The notes beneath the pieces were generated by a model. It was not told where the DNA came from, did no database searches, and saw nothing but the letters and a program-made list of their open reading frames with translations. Shown in pieces: positions 44,347 through 54,578 of a stretch of DNA of 64,000 nucleotides. Position numbers and translations under genes: made by a program. This stretch comes from Planktothrix sp. GU0601_MAG3. GTDB lineage: Bacteria > Cyanobacteriota > Cyanobacteriia > Cyanobacteriales > Microcoleaceae. The stretch spans positions 3,349,376 through 3,413,375 of the forward strand of contig CP136572.1 of NCBI GenBank assembly GCA_035193785.1. The letters are read 5' to 3'. Position 1 is the stretch's first letter, and each line of letters starts with the position of its first letter.

Positions 44347-44597
44347 TTTTAAATTAAAATATCCTTAAAATTGATTAACAATATTACCAGGTTTATTATA
44401 GCAGATTTAAGATATTATTTATTCCCTTATTCAAGGTTAATAGCAGTTTTTAGTCGGGTGAGGGACTGGTGAGGGTTTTAGGTTTGTATCCTTCTGCCTG
44501 TCTTTGTTTCTTTGTGGTTCCCCAGAAAATGATATAATTTTATCTAAGATTGCAAACCCTTTTTTTGATGGGCTTCCTGCTTTGCTGGCCAGGATTC

Positions 44598-44775
44598 GTA
44601 GGGGCGGGTTCGAGTTAATCTTTGAAACCCACAAATAGTTTATCTAAACCCGCCCCTAAACCCGCCCCTGACTCACCCCAAAATTCTATCAGTAATTAAA
44701 AATTCATGGCGGGGTCGGGCGGGTTGATAATAGTTATCGGTGGGAATTATAAATTAATTCGGAACCCGCCCCTAC
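44598..44775. repeat. two adjacent MITE-like hairpin elements (copies 3 and 4 of the GGGGCGGGTT...AACCCGCCCC family) in the eda / substrate-binding-protein intergenic region
   Basis: gtaggggcgggttcgag...aacccgcccctaaacccgcccctg, and ggggtcgggcgggtt...aacccgcccctac. Confidence 0.7.
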
Positions 44776-44905
44776 GGGTTTTATTCCTATAATTATTCTT
44801 GCTAATATGACCGTTGAACGAATTACATCGGGGTTAAATTTAGATTCATTTTTCGAGTCAATATATCTTTTCCCCTTGCTTTGAGTTGCCAATTAATGTT
44901 ATAGG

Positions 44906-45809
44906 ATGACAGGACGTTTTAATCTGGTTAAGAATCTAATACCGATGGACAAAAAACTTGCTGTTTCTCTTTTGAGTCTTCTTTTCACCGTTAGTTTTCC
45001 CCTCTCGGGTTGGGCGGAAACCGTGTTAGAAAAAGTTAACCGGACAGGGGTATTGACGGCTGGGGTGAGGACGGATGCGGTTCCCTTTGGTTATACGGAC
45101 AAAAATAACACCTTGCAAGGGTATTCCGTTGATTTAATTAAACTTATTCAACAGCGCCTAGAAAAACAACTGAATAAACCGATTAAATTAGAATTAAAAA
45201 CCGTTGACTTAAAAAACAGATTTGATCAGGTAGAAACAGGCAAATTAGATATTGTCTGTGAGGCTACCAGTATCACTCCAGAACGGGAACAAAATGTTGA
45301 TTTTTCTACCCCCTATTTTACCAGTGGGATTCAACTTTTGGCAAGAGAAGCGGATGCAGAACGTTTAAACCCAACCCGCACTTCTGAAACCCAATTGCAA
45401 ACAATCAGGGAAAGTAATATTACCGTGGGATTCTTATTGGGAAACAACAACCGATGATCAATTTCGTCCCGTTTATCCTGAAGCGAAATGGCAAGTTATT
45501 GGCAGTCGTGCGGATGGAATTCGTCGCTTAAAAGCGGAAGAAATTGATTTAATTGCCAGTGATGGGATTCTCTTATTGGGCGAATTGTGGCGACAGGGAC
45601 TGGACTTTAAAGCCTTTAGTTTAGTACCTTCACAACCCCTAACCTTTGAAAATTACGGTTGTATTTTACCTAAAAATAGTTCTCAATGGGGAACTTTAGT
45701 TAATCAAACAATTACCAGTGAGCAAAATACCCAACTCTGGAATAAATGGTTTGATCCTAAAACCGGGCGTTTTCCTTATCAACGGTTTCAAACTAGCACA
45801 AAATCTTAA
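44906..45809 (+). CDS. ABC transporter substrate-binding protein, family 3 (polar amino acids). The frame is broken at ~45439-45446 (tGGGAAACa); the ORF track shows 44906..45457 and 45576..45809
   Basis: Signal peptide, then TGVLTAGVRTDAVPFGY...YSVDLIKLI...DIVCEATSITPER...DFSTPYF. Removing one A gives ...NITVGFLLGTTTDDQFRPVYPEAKWQVIGS...RRLKAEEIDLIASDGILLLGELWRQG, which runs into the second ORF. Confidence 0.7.
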
Positions 45810-45877
45810 AAAAAACTAAACCACAGGAATTAACTGCCTGTGGTTTTAGTTCTAGGTTTAAGGGTAATTTATGATGC

Positions 45878-46084
45878 TTAATCAACGACATGAATTAGCC
45901 CCCGTCTTAGGCGTTCAAAAACCTGATCAATATAGGAATGTTCTTCTGAACTTAATGCGTCTTTGGAGAGTAGTAATGACATCAATAATCGTTGGTCATT
46001 GCGGGTAATTTTTCGAGAGCAAAAAATTTGATTAACCAATCTTTCGACACTAACAGAGGGTTCAGTCATCAACATGGGCAGCAC
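45878..46084 (-). CDS. small hypothetical protein (68 aa)
   Basis: ORF with a plausible ATG. No neighbouring gene overlaps it. No family recognised. Confidence 0.3.
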   Translation of the reverse strand: MLPMLMTEPSVSVERLVNQIFCSRKITRNDQRLLMSLLLSKDALSSEEHSYIDQVFERLRRGLIHVVD

Positions 46085-46306
46085 CTACAACCTGATGGGT
46101 TCATCCTATATTATATTATTGATTGAATAGCTGATTTTGCCAGTGATATAAACTGCGCAATTCCTGTGATTAAAGTCACTTTTTAATCGTGATTTTGATC
46201 AAGTTAACAAAAATAGAGATAAAACCAAAATTCTGCTTGGGAACGGTAGCAATCACCCCGATAATATTCTATCATAGCCATAACAAGCTTTTGATTAGTC
46301 TGTCCT

Positions 46307-47074
46307 ATGAAACAAAAAATTATCGCTGGCGTTGCTCTGTTAGTAGTGCTTAGTCCCCTAACTCCAGCCCAAGCCGAAAATTTACAACAGACTCAACAAC
46401 TTTTATCAACCAAACAATGTCAAAATTGCGACCTCAGTGGTGCAGGTTTGGTACTAGCAAATTTAGTCGGTGCTAATCTCAATGGTGCTAACCTGGTGGG
46501 AGCGAACCTCAGCCGAGCTAACCTGACGGGAGCAGACCTGCGGGGGGCGAATCTAGGTGGGGCGAGTTTATTCGGGGCTAACTTAACCGGGGCGAATTTG
46601 GCGGGGGCTAACCTGAATGGCACGGATTTAAGAAGTTCCTATCTCACTAATGCAATTTTAGATGCTAAAAGTATTAATAATGCTCAGTTAGTTGGTGTTA
46701 TCGGACTTCCGGCGAGTGTGGGCGATGCGGAGGACTTTTACCGTCTGGGAGTAAGTGAAGCTAAAGCGGGTCATTATGTCAACGCCATTGATTTTTATAA
46801 TCAAGCATTGAGATTAGACGAAAAGTTAGCCGCCGCCTATTTTGCTCGCAGTATGGCGCTGGCTGATTTGGGGAATTTAACGGGGGCTATGGCTGATGCA
46901 AAACAAGCCGAACAACTGTATAAAACTTTAAATTCTCCAGAGGGCGAAAAAATTTCCCTCCAGTTAGTTGAAGCCTTGGAATATCGATTAAATCCCGAAG
47001 AAAATAAACCGCGCGGTGGATTTGTCGGAATGTTAGAATCGGCGGCTCCGATATTATTAAAGTTGCTGTTTTAA
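46307..47074 (+). CDS. pentapeptide-repeat protein with N-terminal signal peptide and a C-terminal TPR-like region
   Basis: Signal peptide [23 protein letters not shown]. Eleven or more A(N/D)LxG pentapeptide units ([31 protein letters not shown]...). Confidence 0.8.
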   Translation: MKQKIIAGVALLVVLSPLTPAQAENLQQTQQLLSTKQCQNCDLSGAGLVLANLVGANLNGANLVGANLSRANLTGADLRGANLGGASLFGANLTGANLAGANLNGTDLRSSYLTNAILDAKSINNAQLVGVIGLPASVGDAEDFYRLGVSEAKAGHYVNAIDFYNQALRLDEKLAAAYFARSMALADLGNLTGAMADAKQAEQLYKTLNSPEGEKISLQLVEALEYRLNPEENKPRGGFVGMLESAAPILLKLLF

Positions 47075-47189
47075 TCCAGAAAATCCCAGGAGCAAAACCC
47101 GTTTAAAAACAGGGGTTGATTTGAGCTAAAATAATTTAATGCCAACTATTATATCATGGATTTAGGGGAGTTCAGGGGGGAATGAATCA

Positions 47190-48902
47190 ATGGGCGATCG
47201 CAAAAATAAATCCTTATGGGATTCGATTAGTCGAAAAGCAGCCAAAGCCAGTCAGTCTTTGACGGAAAAAGCCACTGAAGCCGCTAAACAATCCGTATCC
47301 CATGCGGGAGAATCCATTACCCATAAGGCCACCGAAGCCGGAAAAACGATTCGGGATACGGCCACCCATTCCGTAGAATCTACTTGGAAAAAAGGTCAAG
47401 ATTGGATGGATTATTTGGGTTCAGAATTAGAAGAACCTTTATCCAATCCCCAGGGAACCGATTGCAGTTTAGATGAACTGTATCATATTTTTATTGCCTA
47501 TCAAACGGCCGATCAAGGAGGAAGTCAAACCGTTACCTTAAAAAATGGTAAAACCTACACCGTTAGAATTCCGCCCCACCGCACAGAAGGGGCAAATTTA
47601 AGAATGAAAGGCTGTGGAATTCGGGGAAATGATGCCTTTTTAGTCTTGCATAGTTTTTACAACTCAGAATTAAATCTGGATCGACAAATCAATCGTTTAA
47701 TTAATCAATTCCCTCTCTATGAACAAACTAAGATTAGATGTTTAGAAGCCTATAATCGTCTAAATAATGGACAAGCAACTCAAGATTTTACCGCCTTAGA
47801 TTTATTAGATTATTTGGTGCTAACCTCTAAACTGTATTCTGATATCGGTCAACGTTATATTATTGCCAGCCATCATTCCCGTTGTTTGACCCTAGAACAT
47901 TGCTTGGAAAAAGCCTTAGAAACATCGGATTTGGAGTTAGAAGCAAAAAATCAATTAAAAGGAACCTATCAATATGTCCGGTCAGGGGAAGCGGTTCCCG
48001 ATTTAGATGCCCTAACAAAAATTGATACGATTATTCTCAATTCCTCCTTAAAATCCAACTTAAAAAAATACTATTTGCGTGGAAGTATTACCGCCAGGGT
48101 TTTAACCTTAGATATTCTGATTATTAATACTATTTATAATCAATCCCAACTATCCGAATCCGATAAAAAACGCTATGCAAAAGCCTATATTCAACTGCGA
48201 GAAGGGAAAAATGTTGTCGATGCTTTGACCTTAATTAGTTTAGATGAATGGGTGATTAATGCAGAAATTCCAGCCCAGGGGAAACTGATTTATCAACTCA
48301 TCCGTCAACCGGATTTAGCTTTAAATAATGAGTTTGATGATAATGACTATTTAGAGACTTTTAAAACTATTCAAACAACGCTCCAATCTATCTTAGAAAA
48401 GCATCAAGATTATCCCGCAACGGATATTCAACGGATTGATATTGCCGAGGTTAAAATTGATCGATTGGCGGAAAAATCCTATAATTCCGTTTCTCGGGGC
48501 GGCTTGGGTTTATTATCGGGAAATGTGATTATTAAAGGGGCGATTCCTGTAATGGAAATGACCGCTCGGGTGGCGATCGCAGAAGTAGCACAAAAGTCAA
48601 TTTCTGATAAGATCAAATTGGGAATTCCGACGGTTTCAGAAACTAGAAATCCCTCCACTGCGATTGGAAATAATTGGATGGCGGTGGGCTCCTTTGGAGA
48701 GGGTGAAAAACCGATTGACCATCTATGCGGCGCGGCATTTTATCGGACAATTATGGGTGAAATAGACGGAGTTGGTGGCTTTGCTGAAGCCGCTAGTAAT
48801 AAACCGATTCATCAAGGGTTAGGACTGCTGAAACTCTTGAAGGGACAACCGGATAAACAACGGATTATTAAGGATTTGGAAACTCAAATGTATAGGATAT
48901 AG
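47190..48902 (+). CDS. hypothetical protein (570 aa) with an N-terminal amphipathic 11-mer-like repeat and a DnaJ C-terminal-domain-like segment
   Basis: KATEAAKQSV.HAGESITHKATEAGKTI repeats. QTVTLKNGKTYTVRIPPHRTEGANLRMKGCGIRGNDAFLVLH resembles DnaJ CTD. The remainder is unassigned. Confidence 0.55.
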   Translation: MGDRKNKSLWDSISRKAAKASQSLTEKATEAAKQSVSHAGESITHKATEAGKTIRDTATHSVESTWKKGQDWMDYLGSELEEPLSNPQGTDCSLDELYHIFIAYQTADQGGSQTVTLKNGKTYTVRIPPHRTEGANLRMKGCGIRGNDAFLVLHSFYNSELNLDRQINRLINQFPLYEQTKIRCLEAYNRLNNGQATQDFTALDLLDYLVLTSKLYSDIGQRYIIASHHSRCLTLEHCLEKALETSDLELEAKNQLKGTYQYVRSGEAVPDLDALTKIDTIILNSSLKSNLKKYYLRGSITARVLTLDILIINTIYNQSQLSESDKKRYAKAYIQLREGKNVVDALTLISLDEWVINAEIPAQGKLIYQLIRQPDLALNNEFDDNDYLETFKTIQTTLQSILEKHQDYPATDIQRIDIAEVKIDRLAEKSYNSVSRGGLGLLSGNVIIKGAIPVMEMTARVAIAEVAQKSISDKIKLGIPTVSETRNPSTAIGNNWMAVGSFGEGEKPIDHLCGAAFYRTIMGEIDGVGGFAEAASNKPIHQGLGLLKLLKGQPDKQRIIKDLETQMYRI

Positions 48903-49073
48903 GAGGGAATAGGGATCACAGATTTAAGAGGATTTCACGGATTTCACGGATTTTAATTTGTGTTAATCTGCGTCATCCTCTTAAATTGGTGATCGGGAAT
49001 GGGGAATGGGTAAAAAGGAACTTGGGATCACGGTAGAATGGAATGGTTTAAAGATTAAATTGGATGATCTCCC

Positions 49074-49382
49074 ATGACTTCAGAAGCAAATATATCGACG
49101 GAATCAACGACGGGCGCGGATGCAATTGATGTGGCGATCGCGAAAGGAATTGACTTTGATGGTACAGCAATTCCTCCGGTTAAGTTAGACCTTTACCATA
49201 AAGTTATGGGTTTAGAAGCCGGACGTCAACGCAGTGGTGTGAGTAATACCATGCGGTCTCGAATTGTTCGGATTGGTGCTAAACATATTCCTGAAACCGA
49301 ACTTAATCAATTATTAATTGATGCGGGATTTCAAGGTTTAAAAGAGAAGGAAATCCTGTTCTATTATGGCGGTAAATCCTAA
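49074..49382 (+). CDS. hypothetical protein (102 aa)
   Basis: ORF with good coding periodicity, in a region otherwise free of overlapping ORFs. Confidence 0.45.
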   Translation: MTSEANISTESTTGADAIDVAIAKGIDFDGTAIPPVKLDLYHKVMGLEAGRQRSGVSNTMRSRIVRIGAKHIPETELNQLLIDAGFQGLKEKEILFYYGGKS

Positions 49383-49511
49383 GAAATTGAGTCCTTTTGA
49401 CACTTTTTTACCTGGTTGGGTTTATTAATCTCCAACGGCAATTAGGACAAAATATATGCTTGTAATTCGGTGTCTTGGCGCAGGCTTAAGCACCGAATCC
49501 ATCTTTATTAT

Positions 49512-50021
49512 TTATAAATTTTTTAGTTGTTGTCTTAATTCATCCAATGCAGAATCAGATGTTTCTAATGGTTCAGTTTTTTCGGGACAGAATTGTAATT
49601 CAATCTCAATTTCTGATTTTGGATAAGGTGAAGACTCTGAATTATAAGTAAAGTTTTTATAGTCTTCAGGAAAAAGATTAACTGTGCTTTTTATAATTAA
49701 TTTTCCACTAATCCAACCTTTACCAGAACTTAAACTTAATAATTTACATTCAACGGACGCACTAAAATTAGTCCAAGAACTTTGCGTTAATTGTAGTTCA
49801 ATTTTTCCATCGATTTCATAGTAATACTTATTAAGAAAATTAAAAAAGGTAAATGTTTGAGAGCGATTATTATCCGAACGGTTATAATATCGGCTTAAAT
49901 CATCCATCGCAAATTCTTTAAACCTAGCAACAGTAAAAGTATCTTTATCAATCAATAAAAGATCGTCATCACAAGTTAAAGGATAAAAATTATCAGTCAT
50001 GGGACTTAATCTCAAAAGCAA
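49512..50021 (-). CDS. hypothetical protein in a markedly AT-rich segment (orphan-like)
   Basis: 169 aa ORF. The region 49400-50160 has noticeably lower GC than its neighbours. No family recognised. Confidence 0.35.
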   Translation of the reverse strand: MLLRLSPMTDNFYPLTCDDDLLLIDKDTFTVARFKEFAMDDLSRYYNRSDNNRSQTFTFFNFLNKYYYEIDGKIELQLTQSSWTNFSASVECKLLSLSSGKGWISGKLIIKSTVNLFPEDYKNFTYNSESSPYPKSEIEIELQFCPEKTEPLETSDSALDELRQQLKNL

Positions 50022-50142
50022 ATGTGTTCTAAGATTATACCTAACAGAAACAGAAACCTGGTTTCTTCAAGAAACTAGGTTTCTATAGGGTTTCTATAAT
50101 TGTACAATCAAAAACTGCTAATCAATTCAAGAACAAAAAACC

Positions 50143-51415
50143 GTGAAAATTCTAGTAGTGGGAAATGGGGGACGGGAAACACGCCATCGCTTGGACATTA
50201 CTCCAGTCGCCCCAGGTTGAAAAAGTATTTTGTACCCCGGGAAATGGCGGGACAGCTACCCTTAAAGGTTGTGAAAATTATTCGATTTCCGTAGAAAACT
50301 TTGAAGCTATCAAAAACTTAGTTCAAAATCAGGATATTTCCCTAGTGGTAGTCGGGCCAGAATTACCCCTGGCTTTGGGAATTACCGACTATTTACAACA
50401 ACATAATATTAAAGTATTCGGCCCCAACCAAGCCGGGGCACAACTCGAAGCCAGTAAAGCCTGGTCAAAAGCCTTCATGGAAGATGCCGGAATTCCCACG
50501 GCTAAGGCGGCCGTCTTTACCGATGCAGCCAGTGCTAAAGCCTATATTCAAACCGCCCCTATTGTCGTCAAAGCCGATGGGTTAGCAGCCGGAAAAGGTG
50601 TCACCGTTGCGACCACCGTAGAAATGGCCCATGAAGCTATAGATACCATTTTCGCCGGGGAATTTGGCCAGGATAACCTGCGGGTGGTGGTGGAGGACTT
50701 TCTAACCGGACAGGAAGTATCCGTACTCGCCCTAACAGACGGGTTAACTATTCGGCCCTTAGTTCCAGCCCAAGACCATAAACAGGTCGGAGAGGGGGAT
50801 ACTGGCCCCAACACGGGGGGAATGGGGGCTTATGCTCCCACCCCCATTCTCCCCCCGGAACTGCTGTCTCGCGTGCAACAGTCGGTCTTAGAACCCACGT
50901 TAGCCACCCTGCGTCAACGGGGTATTGACTATCGGGGAGTGGTCTACGCCGGGTTGATGATTTCCCCGGAAGGAGAAATTCAGGTATTGGAATTTAACTG
51001 TCGGTTTGGCGACCCCGAAACCCAAACGGTTCTCGCCCTGTTAGAAACCCCCCTAGAAGAAGTCCTACTCGCCTGTTGTGAACAGCGGCTAGAACAGGTT
51101 GCTTTAACCTGGAAATCGGGGGTTTCTGTGTGTGTGGTATTAGCTTCCGGGGGTTATCCGGGTTCCTACCAAAAAGGCAAAGTCATCACCGGAATAGAAG
51201 ATGCAGAAGCATCGGGGGCCATCGTATTCCATGGGGGAACTAAACTACAAGACGGCCAAATTCTCACCGACGGCGGACGAGTTTTAGGGGTTACGGCCAT
51301 TGGGTCTACTTTCCAAGAGGCCATCACCCAAACCTACAAAGCGGTTAACTATATCAATTTTGAAGGACTCTACTATCGTCGGGATATTGGTTGTCGGGTG
51401 ACGGTTGATGGTTAA
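50143..51415 (+). CDS. purD: phosphoribosylamine--glycine ligase. GTG start at 50143. The frame is broken at ~50174-50181 (cGGGAAACac) and the ORF track starts at 50165
   Basis: Removing one A gives [25 protein letters not shown], the canonical PurD N-terminus. ATP-grasp body with C-terminal ...GGRVLGVTA... Confidence 0.85.
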
Positions 51416-51716
51416 GTTATTCAGCATCTAAATTCCCCATCCTGAAATCATAAAACTCTTGCCGTGCGAGCGTCCTCGCTCGCTAGAAATAATAATTTAT
51501 TGTTGATTTTTAGTTGTTAATTGTTGGTTATTAATTGTTAGCAAGGGAGGACGCATTGGTGTCAATTTAAGCATCCGAAGCCCTGAAACTAAAGTTCGGG
51601 CTAAAAGCTGAAGTCATCTAAAGATGACTAAGATCATTCTTCATTAACCCGTTTTAACGGGTTTGAGCTTTAAGCCTGAAATTTATTTCCAGGCTTTTAC
51701 ACTGATGGGGCGAACA

Positions 51717-51795
51717 CTCCCCCTGCTCCCCCTGCTCCCCCTGCTCCCCCCACTCCCCCTGCTCCTCCACTCCCCCACTCCCCCGCTTTCCCCGT
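51717..51795. repeat. C-rich dodecamer repeat (CCCCTGCTCCCC units), same family as 25810..26070
   Basis: ccctgctccccctgctccccctgctccccccactccccctgctcctccactcccccactcccc. Confidence 0.75.
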
Positions 51796-51917
51796 CTGCT
51801 GTTACTATGTATAGTGTGTGTGTTAACAAAACTTAATGCTTCTGTTAGACACAACTCTGGGTCTCTATAGGCAAATATGGTATATGGACAAATCACCGAA
51901 TCATTCCCGTATCGCCG

Positions 51918-54086
51918 ATGAACACAGAGTTACCCCACAACCGTCAACCCCCAAATCCTCAACAAATGCTGAAACTCCTGAAACAAATAGGTGAGATTAT
52001 TGGCAGATGGTGGTCAGAGTTTACCCTGCAAACTCGGTTAATGGCGGGGGCGACCCTGGTAGTTTCTCTGTTGATGAGTAGTTTAACGTTTTGGGCCGTC
52101 AACACCATTCAGGAAGATGCTCGCATCAATGATACCCGTTACGGTCGAGATTTAGGATTACTATTAGCCGCCAATGTTTCCCCCCTAATTGCTGAAGAAA
52201 AACGGGATGAAGTCGCAAGGTTTTCCCGTCAATTTTACACAAGTACCTCCAGTATCCGTTATATGTTATATGCGGATCAAGATGGGGAAATTTATCTAGG
52301 TTTGCCCTTTTCTGATTCGGCGGTACAAAATTCCTTAACCCTGCGGCGGCGGATGCAATTACCTGATAATTTTTTAGCTAGTGTGCAGTCAGGAAATTTT
52401 GCCGATTTGCCGATGGTTAGACAACATTTAACCCCCGCCGGAGAGGTGACGGATGTTTTTGTTCCGATGATGCACAATGGGAATTATTTAGGGATTTTAG
52501 CAATTGGAATTAATCCTAATCCTACCGTTGTTGTATCATCGAATTTAACCCGGGATGTAACTTTAGCGGTGTTTGTTTCAATTTGGGTAATGGTAATTTT
52601 AGGGGCGGTATTTAATGCTTTAACTATTACTCAACCGATTAAAGAATTAGTTCAAGGAGTAAAAAATATTGCCATTGGAAACTTTAATCAACGGGTTGAT
52701 TTACCCTTTGGGGGAGAATTAGGGGAATTAATTTCCAGTTTCAACGAAATGGCAGAACGCCTAGAAAGCTTTGAAGAACAAAATATTGAAGAACTAACCG
52801 CCGAAAAAGCTAAGTTAGAAACCTTGGTTTCAACCATTGCCGATGGGGCGGTTTTAATTGATGCCGAACTGAATTTAATTTTAGTTAATCCCACCGCCCG
52901 ACGTCTATTTAGCTGGGAAGGGACAACGGTTATTGGCAATAATGTTCTGAATTTTTTACCGCCCATGGTGGTAGAAGAATTATCACAACCTTTACAAAAA
53001 ATTGCCAGTGGAACTTTAGATGGTGGAGAGTTTCGTTGTTCTTTGGGAGAACCAACAAATCGGACATTGCGGATTTTATTAACCACGGTTTTATTACATA
53101 AATCTCCGGGTGCTGAACCCCTTTGTCATAGCTGTATTCATGATAGGGATAATAGTTGTGAATTATCCGAACGTCCCCATGTTCAGGAGTGTACTTTATA
53201 TGACTATAATCCGATGTCAAATTCTCCTGGGGAGGAAAATTATCGGGAAAGTTTAAAAGGAATTGCAATGACAATTCAGGATATCACCCGTGAGGTCGAG
53301 TTAAATGATGCTAAGAGTCAGTTTATTAGTAATATCTCCCATGAGTTAAGAACACCATTATTTAATATAAAATCCTTTATTGAAACCCTCCATGATTATG
53401 GAGATGATTTAACCGAAGAACAGCGACAGGAGTTTTTAGCCACCGCCAACCATGAAACTGATCGTTTAACTCGTTTAGTCAATGATGTGTTAGATTTGTC
53501 TCGCTTAGAATCCTGTCGCATCTACAATTTTGAACCCGTTGATATGGCGCAAGTGGTAGAACAAACCTTGAGAACCTATCAACTAAATGCCAAGGATAAA
53601 GGAATTGAACTTAGTCGAGAAATAGAACCAGATTTACCTTTGGTGTTAGGACATTATGATTTATTATTGCAAGTCTTAACTAATTTAGTCGGAAATTCTC
53701 TGAAATTTACCACTTCGGGGGGACGGGTAATTATTCGAGTTTATCTACTAGAAGAAGAAGATTTCAAGAAAAATCAAGAAGTCGAAGAAATCGAAAAAGG
53801 AGGCTGGATTATTTCTCCTCCTCCTCCCCGTCCTATTGATTTACATTTAACGGGAAATCGACCTAAAACCCGTTATATTAGAACCGAAGTTTCCGATACG
53901 GGAACCGGAATTGCACCGGAAGACCAAGATGCTATTTTTGCTCGTTTCTTCCGGGTAGAAAATCGCGTTCATACCCTAGAAGGAACGGGATTAGGATTGT
54001 CTATTGTCAAAAATATTATTGAAAAACACCGAAGTCAAGTTCATTTAATTAGTGAGTTAGGCATCGGAAACCACCTTCTGGTTTGA
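51918..54086 (+). CDS. nblS: sensor histidine kinase NblS/Hik33 (DspA)-type: two TM segments, HAMP, PAS, HisKA, HATPase
   Basis: The N-terminal region LQTRLMAGATLVVSLLMSSLTFWAVNTIQEDARINDTRYGRDLGLLLAANVSPLIAE matches the conserved NblS periplasmic/TM region. H-box ISHELRTPL. G-box GTGLGLSIV. Confidence 0.7.
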   Translation: MNTELPHNRQPPNPQQMLKLLKQIGEIIGRWWSEFTLQTRLMAGATLVVSLLMSSLTFWAVNTIQEDARINDTRYGRDLGLLLAANVSPLIAEEKRDEVARFSRQFYTSTSSIRYMLYADQDGEIYLGLPFSDSAVQNSLTLRRRMQLPDNFLASVQSGNFADLPMVRQHLTPAGEVTDVFVPMMHNGNYLGILAIGINPNPTVVVSSNLTRDVTLAVFVSIWVMVILGAVFNALTITQPIKELVQGVKNIAIGNFNQRVDLPFGGELGELISSFNEMAERLESFEEQNIEELTAEKAKLETLVSTIADGAVLIDAELNLILVNPTARRLFSWEGTTVIGNNVLNFLPPMVVEELSQPLQKIASGTLDGGEFRCSLGEPTNRTLRILLTTVLLHKSPGAEPLCHSCIHDRDNSCELSERPHVQECTLYDYNPMSNSPGEENYRESLKGIAMTIQDITREVELNDAKSQFISNISHELRTPLFNIKSFIETLHDYGDDLTEEQRQEFLATANHETDRLTRLVNDVLDLSRLESCRIYNFEPVDMAQVVEQTLRTYQLNAKDKGIELSREIEPDLPLVLGHYDLLLQVLTNLVGNSLKFTTSGGRVIIRVYLLEEEDFKKNQEVEEIEKGGWIISPPPPRPIDLHLTGNRPKTRYIRTEVSDTGTGIAPEDQDAIFARFFRVENRVHTLEGTGLGLSIVKNIIEKHRSQVHLISELGIGNHLLV

Positions 54087-54578
54087 TTTAGTAGTATCTC
54101 AGGAAGAAACGCCATCTTCATCTTTTAGTAATGATGTTTTTATGGGAGAACCCTCGGTCTCTATTGCTAAAGGATAGGATCACAAAAATCCATTATTATC
54201 GTACTGAATGAATGCAGCAACCGATGAAAAACAGTGATAATCAATGATTAACCTAAGAGGGAACACATCAAAAGTTAGACCTAAATCTTGCTGAAAGCGA
54301 TTAATTAATCCTTAACTATGCCATAGGAAAATCCTTTCAAACTGGTGATGGGTTATCTGCTATCGTAGGCGATCGCTAAACTATGATATGATGCACTCGC
54401 TTTGTTGATTCTGTGCAGAAAAGACAGATCGCCGTGTTTATTGATGGTGTTAGGATTCAAGCCTCGGATTGTCCGGTAGTGACCGACGACATCTTAGAAT
54501 CCCTTTTTGGTGTGGCTGTGGGAGTGTCAAACCTTGACCCAAATTCAATTGTTAATTAAGGTTCTTAGCGTGTCACGA

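Noticed and set aside
51654-51896. 80 aa minus-strand ORF upstream of the kinase gene
   Set aside because: It spans the C-rich dodecamer repeat (GEQGEQGEQ translation) in an intergenic region with multiple hairpins, so it is likely non-coding.
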